Positions 1 through 9,928 of a stretch of 64,000 bases of DNA are shown here, one piece after another. Under the pieces are notes generated by a model. It was not told where the DNA came from. It searched no databases and saw nothing but the letters and a program-made list of their open reading frames with translations. The position numbers and the translations under genes were made by a program. Within the stretch, counting starts at the first letter, position 1, and each line of letters begins with the position of its first letter. The DNA is from Terriglobia bacterium (lineage in GTDB: Bacteria > Acidobacteriota > Terriglobia > 20CM-2-55-15), in NCBI GenBank assembly GCA_965262675.1, contig OZ253554.1:332747-396746 (forward strand). Direction: 5' to 3'.

Positions 1-111
1 GTTGATAGAACTGGTGCCCCGCACGAAAAACCCGCCCGACCCAACGAACGATGCGGTTTCGATGGAGCATCATTTTTCGGATGAAGCCGCGAATCCGGTC
101 GGGCGTGCCGG

Positions 112-401
112 CGGTGCAGAGTTGGATGGATTCCGGCGGAAGGAACAACGCCGACCGGTAGCGCCGTGTGCGAACCATGTACACGGCAACGGCCCGGCTT
201 CCCGCCTCCAGGGTGGTGTTCATTGACGTATTCTGTTCAACGATGCTCAATTGCCTTCGGTGCCGAGTTGGATGGTTTCCGGGGGAAGGAACAACGCCGA
301 CCGGTAGCGCCGTGTACGGATCGTGTACACGGCAACGGCCCGGTTACCCGCCTCCAGGATGGTGTTCATCGACGTATTCTGTTCAACGATGCTCAATTGC
401 C
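112..401. repeat. Tandem direct repeat, two copies of a 146-bp unit (112..257 and 258..401), each unit internally palindromic
   Basis: Same landmarks recur at a 146-bp period (gagttgg at 119 and 265; ctcaattgcc at 246 and 392). Each unit has a ccgtgt...acacgg hairpin whose loop differs between copies while the stem is kept. No credible ORF. Confidence 0.85.
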
Positions 402-564
402 GTTCCGCATGCCCCGTCCGGATGTCTCTGGCTCGCCTCTCTTGTTACCCCGGCCGGACCCTGCCGGGGCCAACCACCGACCGCTAAACTTTCAGTTTAC
501 GAGAAATCGTGCCTTCCGGTCATGCGTTATCCAATAACAGCCCGTGGCAGAACCCCGCGGAGTT

Positions 565-1203
565 CTACCGCGGGCTCTCGTACGCAGGCCTCAGGGCGTC
601 CAGTTGGTTCAGAAATTCACGCGCACGAGATCGAATCTCACCACGGCCGATCAGATCCGAGATCACGGCTACCGACGACGCTCCGGCATCGAACGCCTCG
701 GCAAGATTCGACAACCCGATCCCTCCGATCGCAACCACTGGAAGGTCGACCGACTTGCAGATCCGGCGCAGCCGGTCGATACCGACTGCCGGAGAGGAAT
801 TCCACTTTGTGGGGGTTTCAAGAATCGGCCCAACCGCGATATAGTCGACCGCCTCCCGTGCTCCGGCCAGTGCCTGTTCCTCGTTGTGCGTCGAAATCCC
901 GACCAGCACGGAATCGCCCACGATTCTACGGGCATCGGCAGGCGGAAGGTCTTCCTGACCCAGATGCACGGCGCCCGCGCCGGCCAGACGGGCGATATCG
1001 GCACGGTCGTTCACGACGACCCGCGCTCCCTCCGGCGCACAAGCGACAATCCTGCCGGCCTGCTCCAACAAACAACCGGATGACGCATTCTTGTTCCGAA
1101 TTTGAATAAGGCGGACTCCTGCGCTGAACAGTTCCGCGGCAATTTCGACAGGGTCGCCGAACGCCGCGTCCGCGATCCCATACAGCCGGGGCAATGGGGT
1201 CAT
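565..1203 (-). CDS. thiE: Thiamine-phosphate synthase
   Basis: 212-aa ORF. N-terminus LYGIAD..., [14 protein letters not shown] and VAIGGI motifs are typical of ThiE TIM-barrel enzymes. The start overlaps the accC stop. Confidence 0.8.
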   Translation of the reverse strand: MTPLPRLYGIADAAFGDPVEIAAELFSAGVRLIQIRNKNASSGCLLEQAGRIVACAPEGARVVVNDRADIARLAGAGAVHLGQEDLPPADARRIVGDSVLVGISTHNEEQALAGAREAVDYIAVGPILETPTKWNSSPAVGIDRLRRICKSVDLPVVAIGGIGLSNLAEAFDAGASSVAVISDLIGRGEIRSRAREFLNQLDALRPAYESPR

Positions 1204-2555
1204 GCCGTCTGTACGAGTTTGGGCAGCAGCGTCTCCAGGAATTGGGTCGAGACGTCACCAGACCGAAAGCGGTCGTTCTCCAACAATTTCAGATGCAGCG
1301 GAATAGTCGTCCGAACGCCTTCAACGATGAAAGTTCGCAAGGCGCGATCCATTCTACGGAGCGCTTCGTCGCGATTCGCACCATGTGAAATGACCTTGGC
1401 GATCATGGAATCGTAATACGGCGGGACATCGTATTCGGCATAGGCGGCCGTGTCCACGCGTACTCCCGGGCCGCCAGGCGGGTGCCAGGCGGTAATTCGT
1501 CCGGGTGACGGTCGTTGCGTAAAGGGATCCTCGGCATTGACCCGGCATTCGATCGCATGTCCCCGGAAGGCCACGTCGTCCTGGCAATGCGGAAGCCGTT
1601 CGGAGGAAGCCACCAGAATCTGTGCCCGCAACAGGTCAATCCCGGTGACGACTTCCGTCACGCCGTGCTCCACCTGTATTCTGGTGTTCATTTCCATGAA
1701 ATAGAAATTCAGATCGCCATCCACCAGAAATTCGATCGTGCCGACGTTGGTATAGCCCAGTTGGAGGACCGCATCCACGACTGCGGCGCCGACCCTGGCG
1801 CGGAGTTCTTCGGTCATGACAACCGAAGGCGCTTCTTCAACGAGTTTCTGGTGCCGGCGCTGAATGCTGCATTCCCGTTCTCCCAAGTGGATCGCGTTGC
1901 CGAACTCGTCGGCCAACACCTGAAACTCGATGTGACGTGGCTTGTCGACAAATTTTTCAAGGTAACAGTCGGCGACTCCGAACGAGGCCTCGGCCTCTCT
2001 TCTGGCGGTTTCGAACGCGGTCCCAAAATCCGCCTTGTCATACACGACACGCATACCCCGGCCGCCGCCGCCTGCGGCCGCCTTGACGATCACGGGAAAA
2101 CCGATTTCCACGGCCACCGATAGCGCGTGGTCCACGTCGACGAGTGGGTCCGAACTGCCCGGAAGAACGGCAAGGCCCGCGCGCGTCATCTCGCGCCGCG
2201 CCCTGGCCTTGTCACCCATGGTTCGAATGCTTTCAGCGGAGGGGCCGATGAACTTGATCCCGCATTCCGCACAAACCTGGGCAAAATGGGGATTCTCGGA
2301 GAGGAACCCATACCCGGGATGGATCGCGTCCGCGTTGGTCACCTCGGCCGCACTGATCACGCCGGGAATGTTCAGGTAGCTCTCGGCGCTTTTCGCCGGG
2401 CCGATACAGATGGCCTCGTCGGCAAACCGAACGTGCAACGCATGCCGATCCGCCTCCGAATACACGGCAACTGTCTGTATGCCCAGTTCCTTGCAGGCGA
2501 AGATGACCCGGAGTGCGATCTCACCCCTGTTGGCAATCAGTACTTTTCTGAACAT
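1200..2555 (-). CDS. accC: Acetyl-CoA carboxylase biotin carboxylase subunit
   Basis: 451 aa starting [29 protein letters not shown]-grasp core ([24 protein letters not shown]). Lies directly downstream of accB. Confidence 0.95.
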   Translation of the reverse strand: MFRKVLIANRGEIALRVIFACKELGIQTVAVYSEADRHALHVRFADEAICIGPAKSAESYLNIPGVISAAEVTNADAIHPGYGFLSENPHFAQVCAECGIKFIGPSAESIRTMGDKARARREMTRAGLAVLPGSSDPLVDVDHALSVAVEIGFPVIVKAAAGGGGRGMRVVYDKADFGTAFETARREAEASFGVADCYLEKFVDKPRHIEFQVLADEFGNAIHLGERECSIQRRHQKLVEEAPSVVMTEELRARVGAAVVDAVLQLGYTNVGTIEFLVDGDLNFYFMEMNTRIQVEHGVTEVVTGIDLLRAQILVASSERLPHCQDDVAFRGHAIECRVNAEDPFTQRPSPGRITAWHPPGGPGVRVDTAAYAEYDVPPYYDSMIAKVISHGANRDEALRRMDRALRTFIVEGVRTTIPLHLKLLENDRFRSGDVSTQFLETLLPKLVQTA

Positions 2556-2579
2556 TGCACGTGGAATTTCGGAAACGAA

Positions 2580-3041
2580 CTACCGGGGCCGGATTGCGAA
2601 AAGCCGTTCGCCATACTCGACCGGGTGGCCATTCTCGACGAATACGCTCAAAACCTCTCCCGAAGATTCAGTCTCGATTTCGTTCATGAGCTTCATCGCT
2701 TCGATGATGCAGACCGTACTGCCTTTCTCCACGATGTCCCCCACGCTGACGAATGGATCGGTATCGGGACCGGGCGCCCGGTAGAACGTACCGACGATTG
2801 GAGAAGTAACGTAGGTCAATCCCGGTTCTTCGCCCGAAGGTTCCGCGGAAGTCACCGACACCACGGGAGGTTCATTCACGGCAGAGGAATCCGGAGCATC
2901 CGCTGAAGCCGGCGACCGGGAACCTCCCTGGGCGGCCCGCTTGATCTTGACCCGGACGCCTGAACGCTCGACTTCAAGCTCCTCGAGCGATGTCTCGGCG
3001 GCAACGATCTGAATGAGTTCCTTGATTTCCTTAAAGTTCAT
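2580..3041 (-). CDS. accB: Biotin carboxyl carrier protein of acetyl-CoA carboxylase
   Basis: 153 aa. Pro/Ala-rich linker, then a biotinyl domain with the [10 protein letters not shown] biotinylation motif. Confidence 0.9.
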   Translation of the reverse strand: MNFKEIKELIQIVAAETSLEELEVERSGVRVKIKRAAQGGSRSPASADAPDSSAVNEPPVVSVTSAEPSGEEPGLTYVTSPIVGTFYRAPGPDTDPFVSVGDIVEKGSTVCIIEAMKLMNEIETESSGEVLSVFVENGHPVEYGERLFAIRPR

Positions 3042-3147
3042 GGCATTCGGAAGAGTATAACCCAGCCGAGGGACAGGAAAACGGGCGGCCCGCCTCGATA
3101 CGGTGGGTCCGGCGCCCCAGAAGGCGATCGAGCGGCCTCCCGGCTAG

Positions 3148-3355
3148 CCCGCATTTCTCACGAGTTGTCTGCTACAGCGCCGGATCCATCCGCCAGTGCT
3201 GGGGCGCTATATTCCCATTGGAGGCAACCCGCGTGCGGGCATGAGCGCTTGATCCGGCGCGAGGAACGCGCCGCTACGCGCCCGGCGCGAGGAACGCGCC
3301 GTAGCTCTGACGGCGTCTCCGACTCTTCGCGACGAAAACCCGTGAGAAAGGCGGG
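3148..3355 (+). mobile_element. MITE-like element, family A, copy 1 (208 bp)
   Basis: Imperfect ~26-bp TIRs (cccgcatttctcacgagttgtctgc / rc cccgcctttctcacgggttttcgtc). Ends are shared with copies at 28315..28488 and 41865..42039. Flanked by ctag / ccag. Intergenic between accB and pilQ. Confidence 0.75.
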
Positions 3356-3508
3356 CCAGACTCTCTCGACAGGGATGACCCGAACATCCTCGGTGGCAAC
3401 CCGATTCGAAGCATCGGTTCGGGTCGCCAAGTCTTCCGGAATTCGGTCGTTGTCGGTGACGCGCCTATTGGGCTTGGTAATGTACGAAGGTCGTTGAATT
3501 CAACCGGC

Positions 3509-5017
3509 TTACCGAAGCACGGGATCTTCAAGCGTACCGCTGAAGAGCGTGGACTCGCTCTCCAGTTTCTCCGGCAGGAATTCCAGCGGATCGGAGGGCT
3601 TGATGCGCGCGGTGATGAAGAACAGAAGCTCACTGGTACTCTGAACCGTCGAGGTGCTCTTGAACAGGTTTCCGATGAGCGGGATGTCTCCCAAGCCCGG
3701 AATTTGCTTCACGTTCACCGAATCGTTCTCGATCAGGATGCCGCCGACCACCGCCGTGCCCCCATCCGGTATGAGGACGCGAGTGCTCGCATGCTGAGAC
3801 GCCACTGACGGGACGCCAGCGACGGACCGCCCGAAATCCGGACTGCTGTTGACAATTTCCGCCGTAAGAAGGATTGTCCCGGCCTCCGTGATCCGGGGCG
3901 TGACTGTCAAGCTCAGATTGAACGGAATGAACTCCACGCTGATCGTGTTGTTCACATTCGTCTGCACGGGAATCTGTGTGCCCTGCGACACGGTTGCGGG
4001 TTCGTTGTTCTGCGTCACGACGCGGGGACGGGAAAGGAGTTTTGCCGTCCCATTCGCCTCGCCAACCGCAATGATCGCGTCCAGCAGGATATCGCCGCCC
4101 GCTCCGAGCAGGAAAGAGAATCCGGAAGTCGCGGCCGACGGAAAGTTCGCGAACAACGGTAGCGCCCCATCCGCATTCACGGCGGGCGCCGGCGTCCGAA
4201 CAACCGGACTCCCCGTCGTCGGTAAGCCGGTGACGTTGTTCGGGCTGTTGTTCCCGGCAATGAAACCAAGCTGGCTACCGAGTTCCCTCGAAAACGATTT
4301 CGTCGCCGACAGGAGCCGTGCCTCGATTTCCACCTGCTGCGAAGGCGTGTCCAGAAACGCGATGAGCGCCTCGACCCGTGCGAACCGGCTCGGAACGTCC
4401 GTAACGATCAGCGCGTTCCGCCGGGAGTCCTGGATAATTCCGCCACGCTCCGAAAGCAGGTCCGTAATGACGGCGCTTGCTTCGAAGGCGGTCGTGTAGC
4501 TAAGGATGAACGGCCGGGTCTCGAGCGGAACGTTGAGTGCCTGCAATTCGCTGCGTACCCTTCTGGCGTCTTCTTCTGCCTGCAGAACGGTCTGTGGCGC
4601 GATACGAAGAATGTTGCCCTGCAGCCGATAGCCCAGGTCGTTGGTCCTGAGAACGAGGTCCAGAGCCTGATCCCAGGGCACGTTGTTCAGAACCAGCGTG
4701 AGCTGGCCTGCGACGTCTTCGTCGATAATGATGTTGAGTCCGCTCAACTCCGCGATCACACGGAAAAAGTCCCGGAGGTCAGTCTCGACCAGATTGAACG
4801 AAACGACCTCACCGGTGTATTCGGGTTCCAAAACCTGCGCTTCGTCCTGTTGCTCGAACAGGGTTGCCGCCGGCAGCGCCGCACCTCGACCGAAACCCGG
4901 CGGCGGTTGGAAGGGAGTTGTTGGCGCCTGGGCGGCAACAACGGATGTAACAATTGCAATGATGAACATCGGCAGCAGCGATCTCAACACTCGGGTTCCC
5001 ATGGCGAGCACAATCAT
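3509..5017 (-). CDS. pilQ: Type IV pilus secretin PilQ
   Basis: 502 aa. Signal peptide, then a secretin C-terminal domain (VPGLGDIPLIGNLFKS...). Last gene of the pilMNOPQ order. Confidence 0.85.
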   Translation of the reverse strand: MIVLAMGTRVLRSLLPMFIIAIVTSVVAAQAPTTPFQPPPGFGRGAALPAATLFEQQDEAQVLEPEYTGEVVSFNLVETDLRDFFRVIAELSGLNIIIDEDVAGQLTLVLNNVPWDQALDLVLRTNDLGYRLQGNILRIAPQTVLQAEEDARRVRSELQALNVPLETRPFILSYTTAFEASAVITDLLSERGGIIQDSRRNALIVTDVPSRFARVEALIAFLDTPSQQVEIEARLLSATKSFSRELGSQLGFIAGNNSPNNVTGLPTTGSPVVRTPAPAVNADGALPLFANFPSAATSGFSFLLGAGGDILLDAIIAVGEANGTAKLLSRPRVVTQNNEPATVSQGTQIPVQTNVNNTISVEFIPFNLSLTVTPRITEAGTILLTAEIVNSSPDFGRSVAGVPSVASQHASTRVLIPDGGTAVVGGILIENDSVNVKQIPGLGDIPLIGNLFKSTSTVQSTSELLFFITARIKPSDPLEFLPEKLESESTLFSGTLEDPVLR

Positions 5018-5020
5018 CGG

Positions 5021-5536
5021 TCAGACTCCCGAAGCCGCGCTGAGGGGACGCACGACCTCCTCCCTTTCGGCAGGTTCTTGTGCCCCTTCGACAGGCTTTA
5101 CTTCGAAGACCACGGAATCGGATCGGACGCCGGAGATGACCACGTCCAACAATTCGTCACCCGGCCGGGCGACGAATGTCCGGTTTCCGGGCCCCCGGAT
5201 CAGAACGACATTCATTTCACCCTCCGGAGAACTCACCACCCCCACTACCTGCGCTTGGTTCAACAAAATTCCCGAGAGGCCCTGGCGACCCGCGTCCGGA
5301 GGAATAACAGGCGCGGTCTGGACGGCCGTGGTCGGCGGCACCGGATTCACAAAGGGGTCGCGTCGGCCGGGGGCGGCGTATCGATACCCTGGGGGAATGG
5401 CCAACGTATCGAGCGCCACCGCTTCATCCTCGCCTGCCGACACCTGAATGGCCGCTTGGAGGAACCCCGGTTCAAATAGCCCGGCGGACCCGGCCAGCAA
5501 GGGAGCAAGAATGAATACGGCGCAGTACTTCGTCAT
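5021..5536 (-). CDS. pilP: Pilus assembly protein PilP-like lipoprotein
   Basis: Position between pilO and pilQ. Signal/lipobox-like N-terminus from MTKYCAVFILAPLL, RDPF motif. ATGA overlap with the pilO stop at 5533..5536. The longer ORF-track start at 5599 is judged an extension. Confidence 0.55.
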   Translation of the reverse strand: MTKYCAVFILAPLLAGSAGLFEPGFLQAAIQVSAGEDEAVALDTLAIPPGYRYAAPGRRDPFVNPVPPTTAVQTAPVIPPDAGRQGLSGILLNQAQVVGVVSSPEGEMNVVLIRGPGNRTFVARPGDELLDVVISGVRSDSVVFEVKPVEGAQEPAEREEVVRPLSAASGV

Positions 5537-6174
5537 CGGCTCACCTGATTTGGCTGGTTTGGTTGATTGACCTGGCCTGCCCGATCGGCTTGGTCCCACG
5601 CGAGCGACGGTTCTTCATCGCGATAGACGAACGTCGTCGCGGTAAACGTCGCCCCAACCGTGGACTCCGTACCGGGACCGGCGGCCCTCAGGTCGATTCC
5701 CGTAATGTTGACAATACGGCCCAGTTGACGAATCGCATCGAGAAAACTCCCCAGGTTGTGATACGTGGATTGAACCTGGAAATCCCAGGCCATTTCCGAG
5801 TACACATCCCGGTCCACGATAGGCCGGGGCAAGATCCGAACGACGCGCATCGAGGCCGTTTCGGCGATATTGCCGACCTCGCGCAAGATCTCGTCGGTTT
5901 CACGTTCGAGGGGCAGAATCGATTTCAGCCGGGCCAGTTGCTCCTGCAACGCTTCGGTTTCAGCCCGTATTTCAGCCAGTTGCATCCGGCGCTGCACCGC
6001 CTGCGAGATTTCAGCGTCGACCTCGCTCAGCCGATCCTGCCGAGCCTCGATCGCGGCGCCGATAGGCATCAGGAACCGCCACCAGAACAGGCCCAACAGG
6101 GTGCCGGCGGCGCCTGCCACCAGGAGCGCCTGGTAGTACCACTTGAGCCTCTGGAAATCGTTGAAATCCACCAT
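5533..6174 (-). CDS. pilO: Type IV pilus assembly protein PilO
   Basis: 213 aa. Single N-terminal TM helix, coiled coil, and a position between pilN and pilP. Confidence 0.7.
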   Translation of the reverse strand: MVDFNDFQRLKWYYQALLVAGAAGTLLGLFWWRFLMPIGAAIEARQDRLSEVDAEISQAVQRRMQLAEIRAETEALQEQLARLKSILPLERETDEILREVGNIAETASMRVVRILPRPIVDRDVYSEMAWDFQVQSTYHNLGSFLDAIRQLGRIVNITGIDLRAAGPGTESTVGATFTATTFVYRDEEPSLAWDQADRAGQVNQPNQPNQVSR

Positions 6175-6186
6175 CGTTCCAAGACC

Positions 6187-6846
6187 TCAGTGCAACTGGC
6201 CCGGGTTGCCCCGAGCCCCGGCTTCGATACCGCCGCCGTCGTTTTGAGCGCCGCCCCCGGCGCCCGCACTATCTGAACCCGGTGGCGGCGGCACAAATTG
6301 GCAGGTCAGATTGAAGGTGAAATATTCGTTGGCTTCCTGCAGGTTCCCGAAATCGATATTCCGGAAGTAGCCATTGGTTCGAAGCGTCTGGATAAAATCG
6401 GCGAAGGCACTCTGCGACGTCACCGTACCTGCGATGGAAACGTCGGCGTCGGACTGAATCAGCGCCGACAGCCAGATATAGTCGATTCGATCCATCGCGA
6501 GACTCAACTGGTCCAGCACGAGGACTGGACTCGCCTGGTATTTCTGGAGATTTCGGATCGTGTCGACGCGGTTCCGGAGCATGTCACGACGGCTCTCGAA
6601 TATCAGGTTCTCGTCGATTTCGCGCTGAAGCCGATCCCGCTCGGCTGTCGCGGCCGCAATCCGGGATGACAGATCCACCGATTCGGAAATGAGCAACGAC
6701 CGCCCAATCCAACCTCCGACGGCGGCGGCCGCCAGGAATGCCACCCAGAGAACCGTCAAAACGTTGGCCGGGAGGGCGATGCTGAAACCCGCCTTTCTGC
6801 GGCGTGCGGATATTTTCGCCCGCCCGATGAGGTTGATTCGAATCAT
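6187..6846 (-). CDS. pilN: Type IV pilus assembly protein PilN
   Basis: 219 aa starting MIRINLI (the conserved PilN N-terminus that binds PilM), followed by a TM helix. Overlaps the pilM stop. Confidence 0.75.
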   Translation of the reverse strand: MIRINLIGRAKISARRRKAGFSIALPANVLTVLWVAFLAAAAVGGWIGRSLLISESVDLSSRIAAATAERDRLQREIDENLIFESRRDMLRNRVDTIRNLQKYQASPVLVLDQLSLAMDRIDYIWLSALIQSDADVSIAGTVTSQSAFADFIQTLRTNGYFRNIDFGNLQEANEYFTFNLTCQFVPPPPGSDSAGAGGGAQNDGGGIEAGARGNPGQLH

Positions 6847-7889
6847 CCGTCAAACGCCCTCATCGCAAGCCCCACGGCAACCGCCAAGGCGGGACCCGAT
6901 TCCCGGACTCCCGAACCGGCCCTGGAATTCACCTTGAGCGATCTCAAGGGGTCGAGTGTCCGCGCATCGATTCCAAACGCCTCCTGGAACTTGCGGGCAA
7001 TCCTCGGAGCACGGGCACTGCCGCCGGCCAGATAGACCGAAGAAATTTTTTCTTCCGGGTAATTCTCGCTGAAGAAGTCGAATGTCTTCCGGACTTCCAT
7101 GACAAGTGCGTCGGTAACCGAATCCAAGAGGGGCTCAACCATTCCCGCATCGTATATGCCGACCTTTTTTCCGCACTTGAGAGCTTCGGCTTCCTCGAAA
7201 CCCAGTTGAAGTTCCTTCTTCAGGACGTCTGTGTACTGGCGGCCACCGACGGAAACGTCGCGGATAAACAGCGGTATTCCGGCTTTCGCGATATTGATAT
7301 TGGTCAGCGACGCGCCGACGTTGAACAATGCCGCGGTCTCATCCGGACCCGGACTGTAATTGACCTCGAACGCCTGTTGCAGGGCGAATACGTCGATATC
7401 GACCACAATCGGAACCAACCCGGCCATTTCGACGGCATCGGTGGCGTTCCGCACATGGTCCTTCCTGGCCGCGACCAGCACCACTTCCAGACCTCCGCCC
7501 TGGCGTTTCGAAGGACCGATCGCCGCATAATCCAGATTCACTTCCGAAATATCGAAGGGGATGTACTTGTCGGCGTTGTATTCGATCGAGCCAGCCGCTT
7601 CCTCAACCGTGTCCACGGGCAATACCACCCGCTTGACGATCGCGGCGTTACCTGAGACGCCGGTCGCAACGTTCTTTGTCCTGAATTTACCGGCTGCAAA
7701 AACCGACTCGATGGCTTGGGACAGCGCCGCGGAATCGGCGACCGCACCATCGGCCACCACATCCGGGTTCAGGGGCGCCTGGGCAAATCCAATGATCTCG
7801 TATCCCTTCCCGGACCGTGCCAACTCTATCGCCATGACCGAGCTCGACCCGATATCCAGACCGACAAGCGCCTTGTTCCAGCCAAACAT
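6843..7889 (-). CDS. pilM: Type IV pilus assembly ATPase-like protein PilM
   Basis: 348 aa with an actin/FtsA-like fold signature (VGLDIGSSSV..., LAGGSA). First gene of the pil operon. Confidence 0.9.
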   Translation of the reverse strand: MFGWNKALVGLDIGSSSVMAIELARSGKGYEIIGFAQAPLNPDVVADGAVADSAALSQAIESVFAAGKFRTKNVATGVSGNAAIVKRVVLPVDTVEEAAGSIEYNADKYIPFDISEVNLDYAAIGPSKRQGGGLEVVLVAARKDHVRNATDAVEMAGLVPIVVDIDVFALQQAFEVNYSPGPDETAALFNVGASLTNINIAKAGIPLFIRDVSVGGRQYTDVLKKELQLGFEEAEALKCGKKVGIYDAGMVEPLLDSVTDALVMEVRKTFDFFSENYPEEKISSVYLAGGSARAPRIARKFQEAFGIDARTLDPLRSLKVNSRAGSGVRESGPALAVAVGLAMRAFDG

Positions 7890-8087
7890 GGATCACCGGC
7901 CTCTCGATCCACCGGGGCGGCGTCGACCCGTCTCCCGGTGGACCGGCCGGCAACTGGCGTTGCCACCTTCCCTGTCTCTCCACTCGATCGTTTTTCCGGA
8001 TCGTTGAGTTTCCACGTTGAGCGCCTCCTTGAGGTACCCAGACCTGGAGCAATTCTTATGCCAAAAAGGATTCAGGGACGATCCGGC

Positions 8088-8672
8088 TTAGAGAGACTGC
8101 CGGAGCTCGCGAATCATGGAACGAAGTTCGTCCAAACCGCCGACAAGCAGATAGGGTGCGGCGGTCTCGAATTGGAGTTCTTCGACGGGGATCGTCGGTC
8201 GGAGTTGTTCGGAGAGCATCATGGTGAGTTGATCCAACTTGGGCGACATGCGATTGACAAGAGCCAGGATCAGGGTCAACCGTTCGTCCAGAGTCGTCGT
8301 CTCATCGGGTGGATCGAAAATGATCCACAGTCCTTCAGTCTCGCCCCTGACATAGGGGGCGACGTAACGGATGTACGAGATCAGGCGTCCAGCCTGCTCG
8401 TCGAGTTCGCGAGAGCGCTCGGCAATCATGTCCAGTTCATCCGGTGTCAGTTCGGGATCGACCCGAAACGCAACCAGTTCTCCGGATAATTCGAAGAACC
8501 GAAAAGTATCCTCGATAAATCCTTGCAGGCGATCTTGAGCCATCTCCCGCTGAGCTTGCAGCTGCATTTCACGCAACGTGTCCCGATTCTGGATCTGGGC
8601 GCCGTCGACCGGAGGAACCACCGTGAGGATTACCAGGGCTCCGGTCAGGATCGGCATCGTCAGAATACGCAT
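8088..8672 (-). CDS. Hypothetical secreted protein
   Basis: ORF with a signal-peptide-like start MRILTMPILTGALVILTVV. No recognisable domain. The ORF-track start at 8705 lies inside the neighbouring TIR element, so 8672 is preferred. Confidence 0.5.
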   Translation of the reverse strand: MRILTMPILTGALVILTVVPPVDGAQIQNRDTLREMQLQAQREMAQDRLQGFIEDTFRFFELSGELVAFRVDPELTPDELDMIAERSRELDEQAGRLISYIRYVAPYVRGETEGLWIIFDPPDETTTLDERLTLILALVNRMSPKLDQLTMMLSEQLRPTIPVEELQFETAAPYLLVGGLDELRSMIRELRQSL

Positions 8673-8690
8673 CGGTCTCTCCAGGGCGCT

Positions 8691-8965
8691 AGTGTCCTGT
8701 CCCATAAATAACGTGCCTAACGCCGATGGGTCTTGGCCGGCGAGGTCGAGGAACGAGACGGAAGTGGATGCTCATTCATCGCGAACGTCGAGCGACAACG
8801 AGATCGCCGCCAACCCCCATCGGCCCGAAGGGTTCGGGCGGAACGGGACCGTCTTCGTTGTCGTTCCTCCACTCGCAATGCCCGACATTGGCTCGGTCGT
8901 CACTCCTCGAATACGACCCCGTTGCGCTCCGAACGTTAGACGCGCTATTTATGGGACAGGACACT
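8691..8965. mobile_element. MITE-like TIR element, family C (275 bp)
   Basis: 32-bp terminal inverted repeats matching 29/32 (agtgtcctgtcccataaataacgtgcctaacg at 8691..8722 vs rc of 8934..8965). Non-coding interior, intergenic. Confidence 0.7.
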
Positions 8966-9058
8966 TGTATTGCAACCCTCGGCAATAACCTATCAGAATG
9001 GCAATCGATGCAAAAGCCGGATCGCGCCTTCCGAACCCTGTTCAGACACTCTGGCACA

Positions 9059-9928
9059 TCAAACCCATCGATCCTCGACCTCGACACCCTGCCTGTAGAG
9101 TTCTTGCAGCATCGACGTCACCGGACCGGTAACCCGGTATTCGCGGTAATCCACACCGCAAACGGGGGCGATTTCCAAAACGCTGTTGGTGACGAAAACC
9201 TCTTCGACATCGTCAAGAACACTGGGGTCGAGGCGGACTTCGTCTGCATCGAGGCCATTCGAGGCACACAAATTGAGGACGAATGCGCGCGCGCAGCCCG
9301 GAAGAATTCCCGTCTTCAGATCCGGCGTGAGAACTCGCGCTCCGTTGACAAGAAAAATGTTGGCGCCTGAACATTCTCCGATTTTTCCGAAGGAGTCCAA
9401 CAGCAGAGCGTCATCCGCGCCTGCTTCGTTGGCTTCCGCACAGGCGAGTATCGAATTGAGATAGTTCGCATGCTTCGCATGTGCCGGAAGCGCCTCCCCC
9501 GAAATACGGCGTGTCCGAACGGTGGCCAGCCGGATACCAAGCGACCGGCGTTCGGCGACAGTCTCAGGCAGAGGATCGGCGGCCACGACATAGGTCGGGT
9601 CGGTCGCACCCGCGATTCCGGGACCCCGAACGCCGCGGCCGCGCGAAATACTCACACGAACCACCGCGTCGGTGCCGGTCAGGTCGTTCCGCTCCAGGAC
9701 GGCCTGTATATCGTTCGAAATCCTGTCCACCCGATATAGGAACGGCAGGCGAATGGCGGACGCGGATGCTTCGAAACGCCGGTAGTGCGCATCGAGTTGG
9801 AACACATGGCCAAGGTAGGCGCGCATGGTCTCGAAAACGCCATCCCCATACATGAATCCGCGGTCGAAGACCGAGACCCGTGCCTCGTCGGCCGGCACCA
9901 ACCGATCGTTAAGCTGAACCCACGTCAC
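9059..9928 (-). CDS. pabC: Aminodeoxychorismate lyase / class IV aminotransferase
   Basis: 289-aa fold-type IV PLP enzyme (FDRGFMYGDGVFETMRAY...). Translationally coupled to the upstream pabAB fusion. Confidence 0.7.
   Translation of the reverse strand: MTWVQLNDRLVPADEARVSVFDRGFMYGDGVFETMRAYLGHVFQLDAHYRRFEASASAIRLPFLYRVDRISNDIQAVLERNDLTGTDAVVRVSISRGRGVRGPGIAGATDPTYVVAADPLPETVAERRSLGIRLATVRTRRISGEALPAHAKHANYLNSILACAEANEAGADDALLLDSFGKIGECSGANIFLVNGARVLTPDLKTGILPGCARAFVLNLCASNGLDADEVRLDPSVLDDVEEVFVTNSVLEIAPVCGVDYREYRVTGPVTSMLQELYRQGVEVEDRWV

Noticed and set aside
112-401. Tandem glycine (or guanidine-I/ykkC, ZTP) riboswitch on the minus strand, suggested by the tandem arrangement and strings such as GCACCGAAGGCAA, CUGGAGGCGGG and ACACGGCG
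   Set aside because: The motifs are in the wrong order and spacing for the glycine consensus: ~95 nt separate the GGAG and ACCGAAGG elements instead of ~20-40. The CTAGGGTTCCG and CUCAGGCAAAAGGAC elements are absent. The two units are near-identical, as in a recent duplication rather than diverged aptamers.
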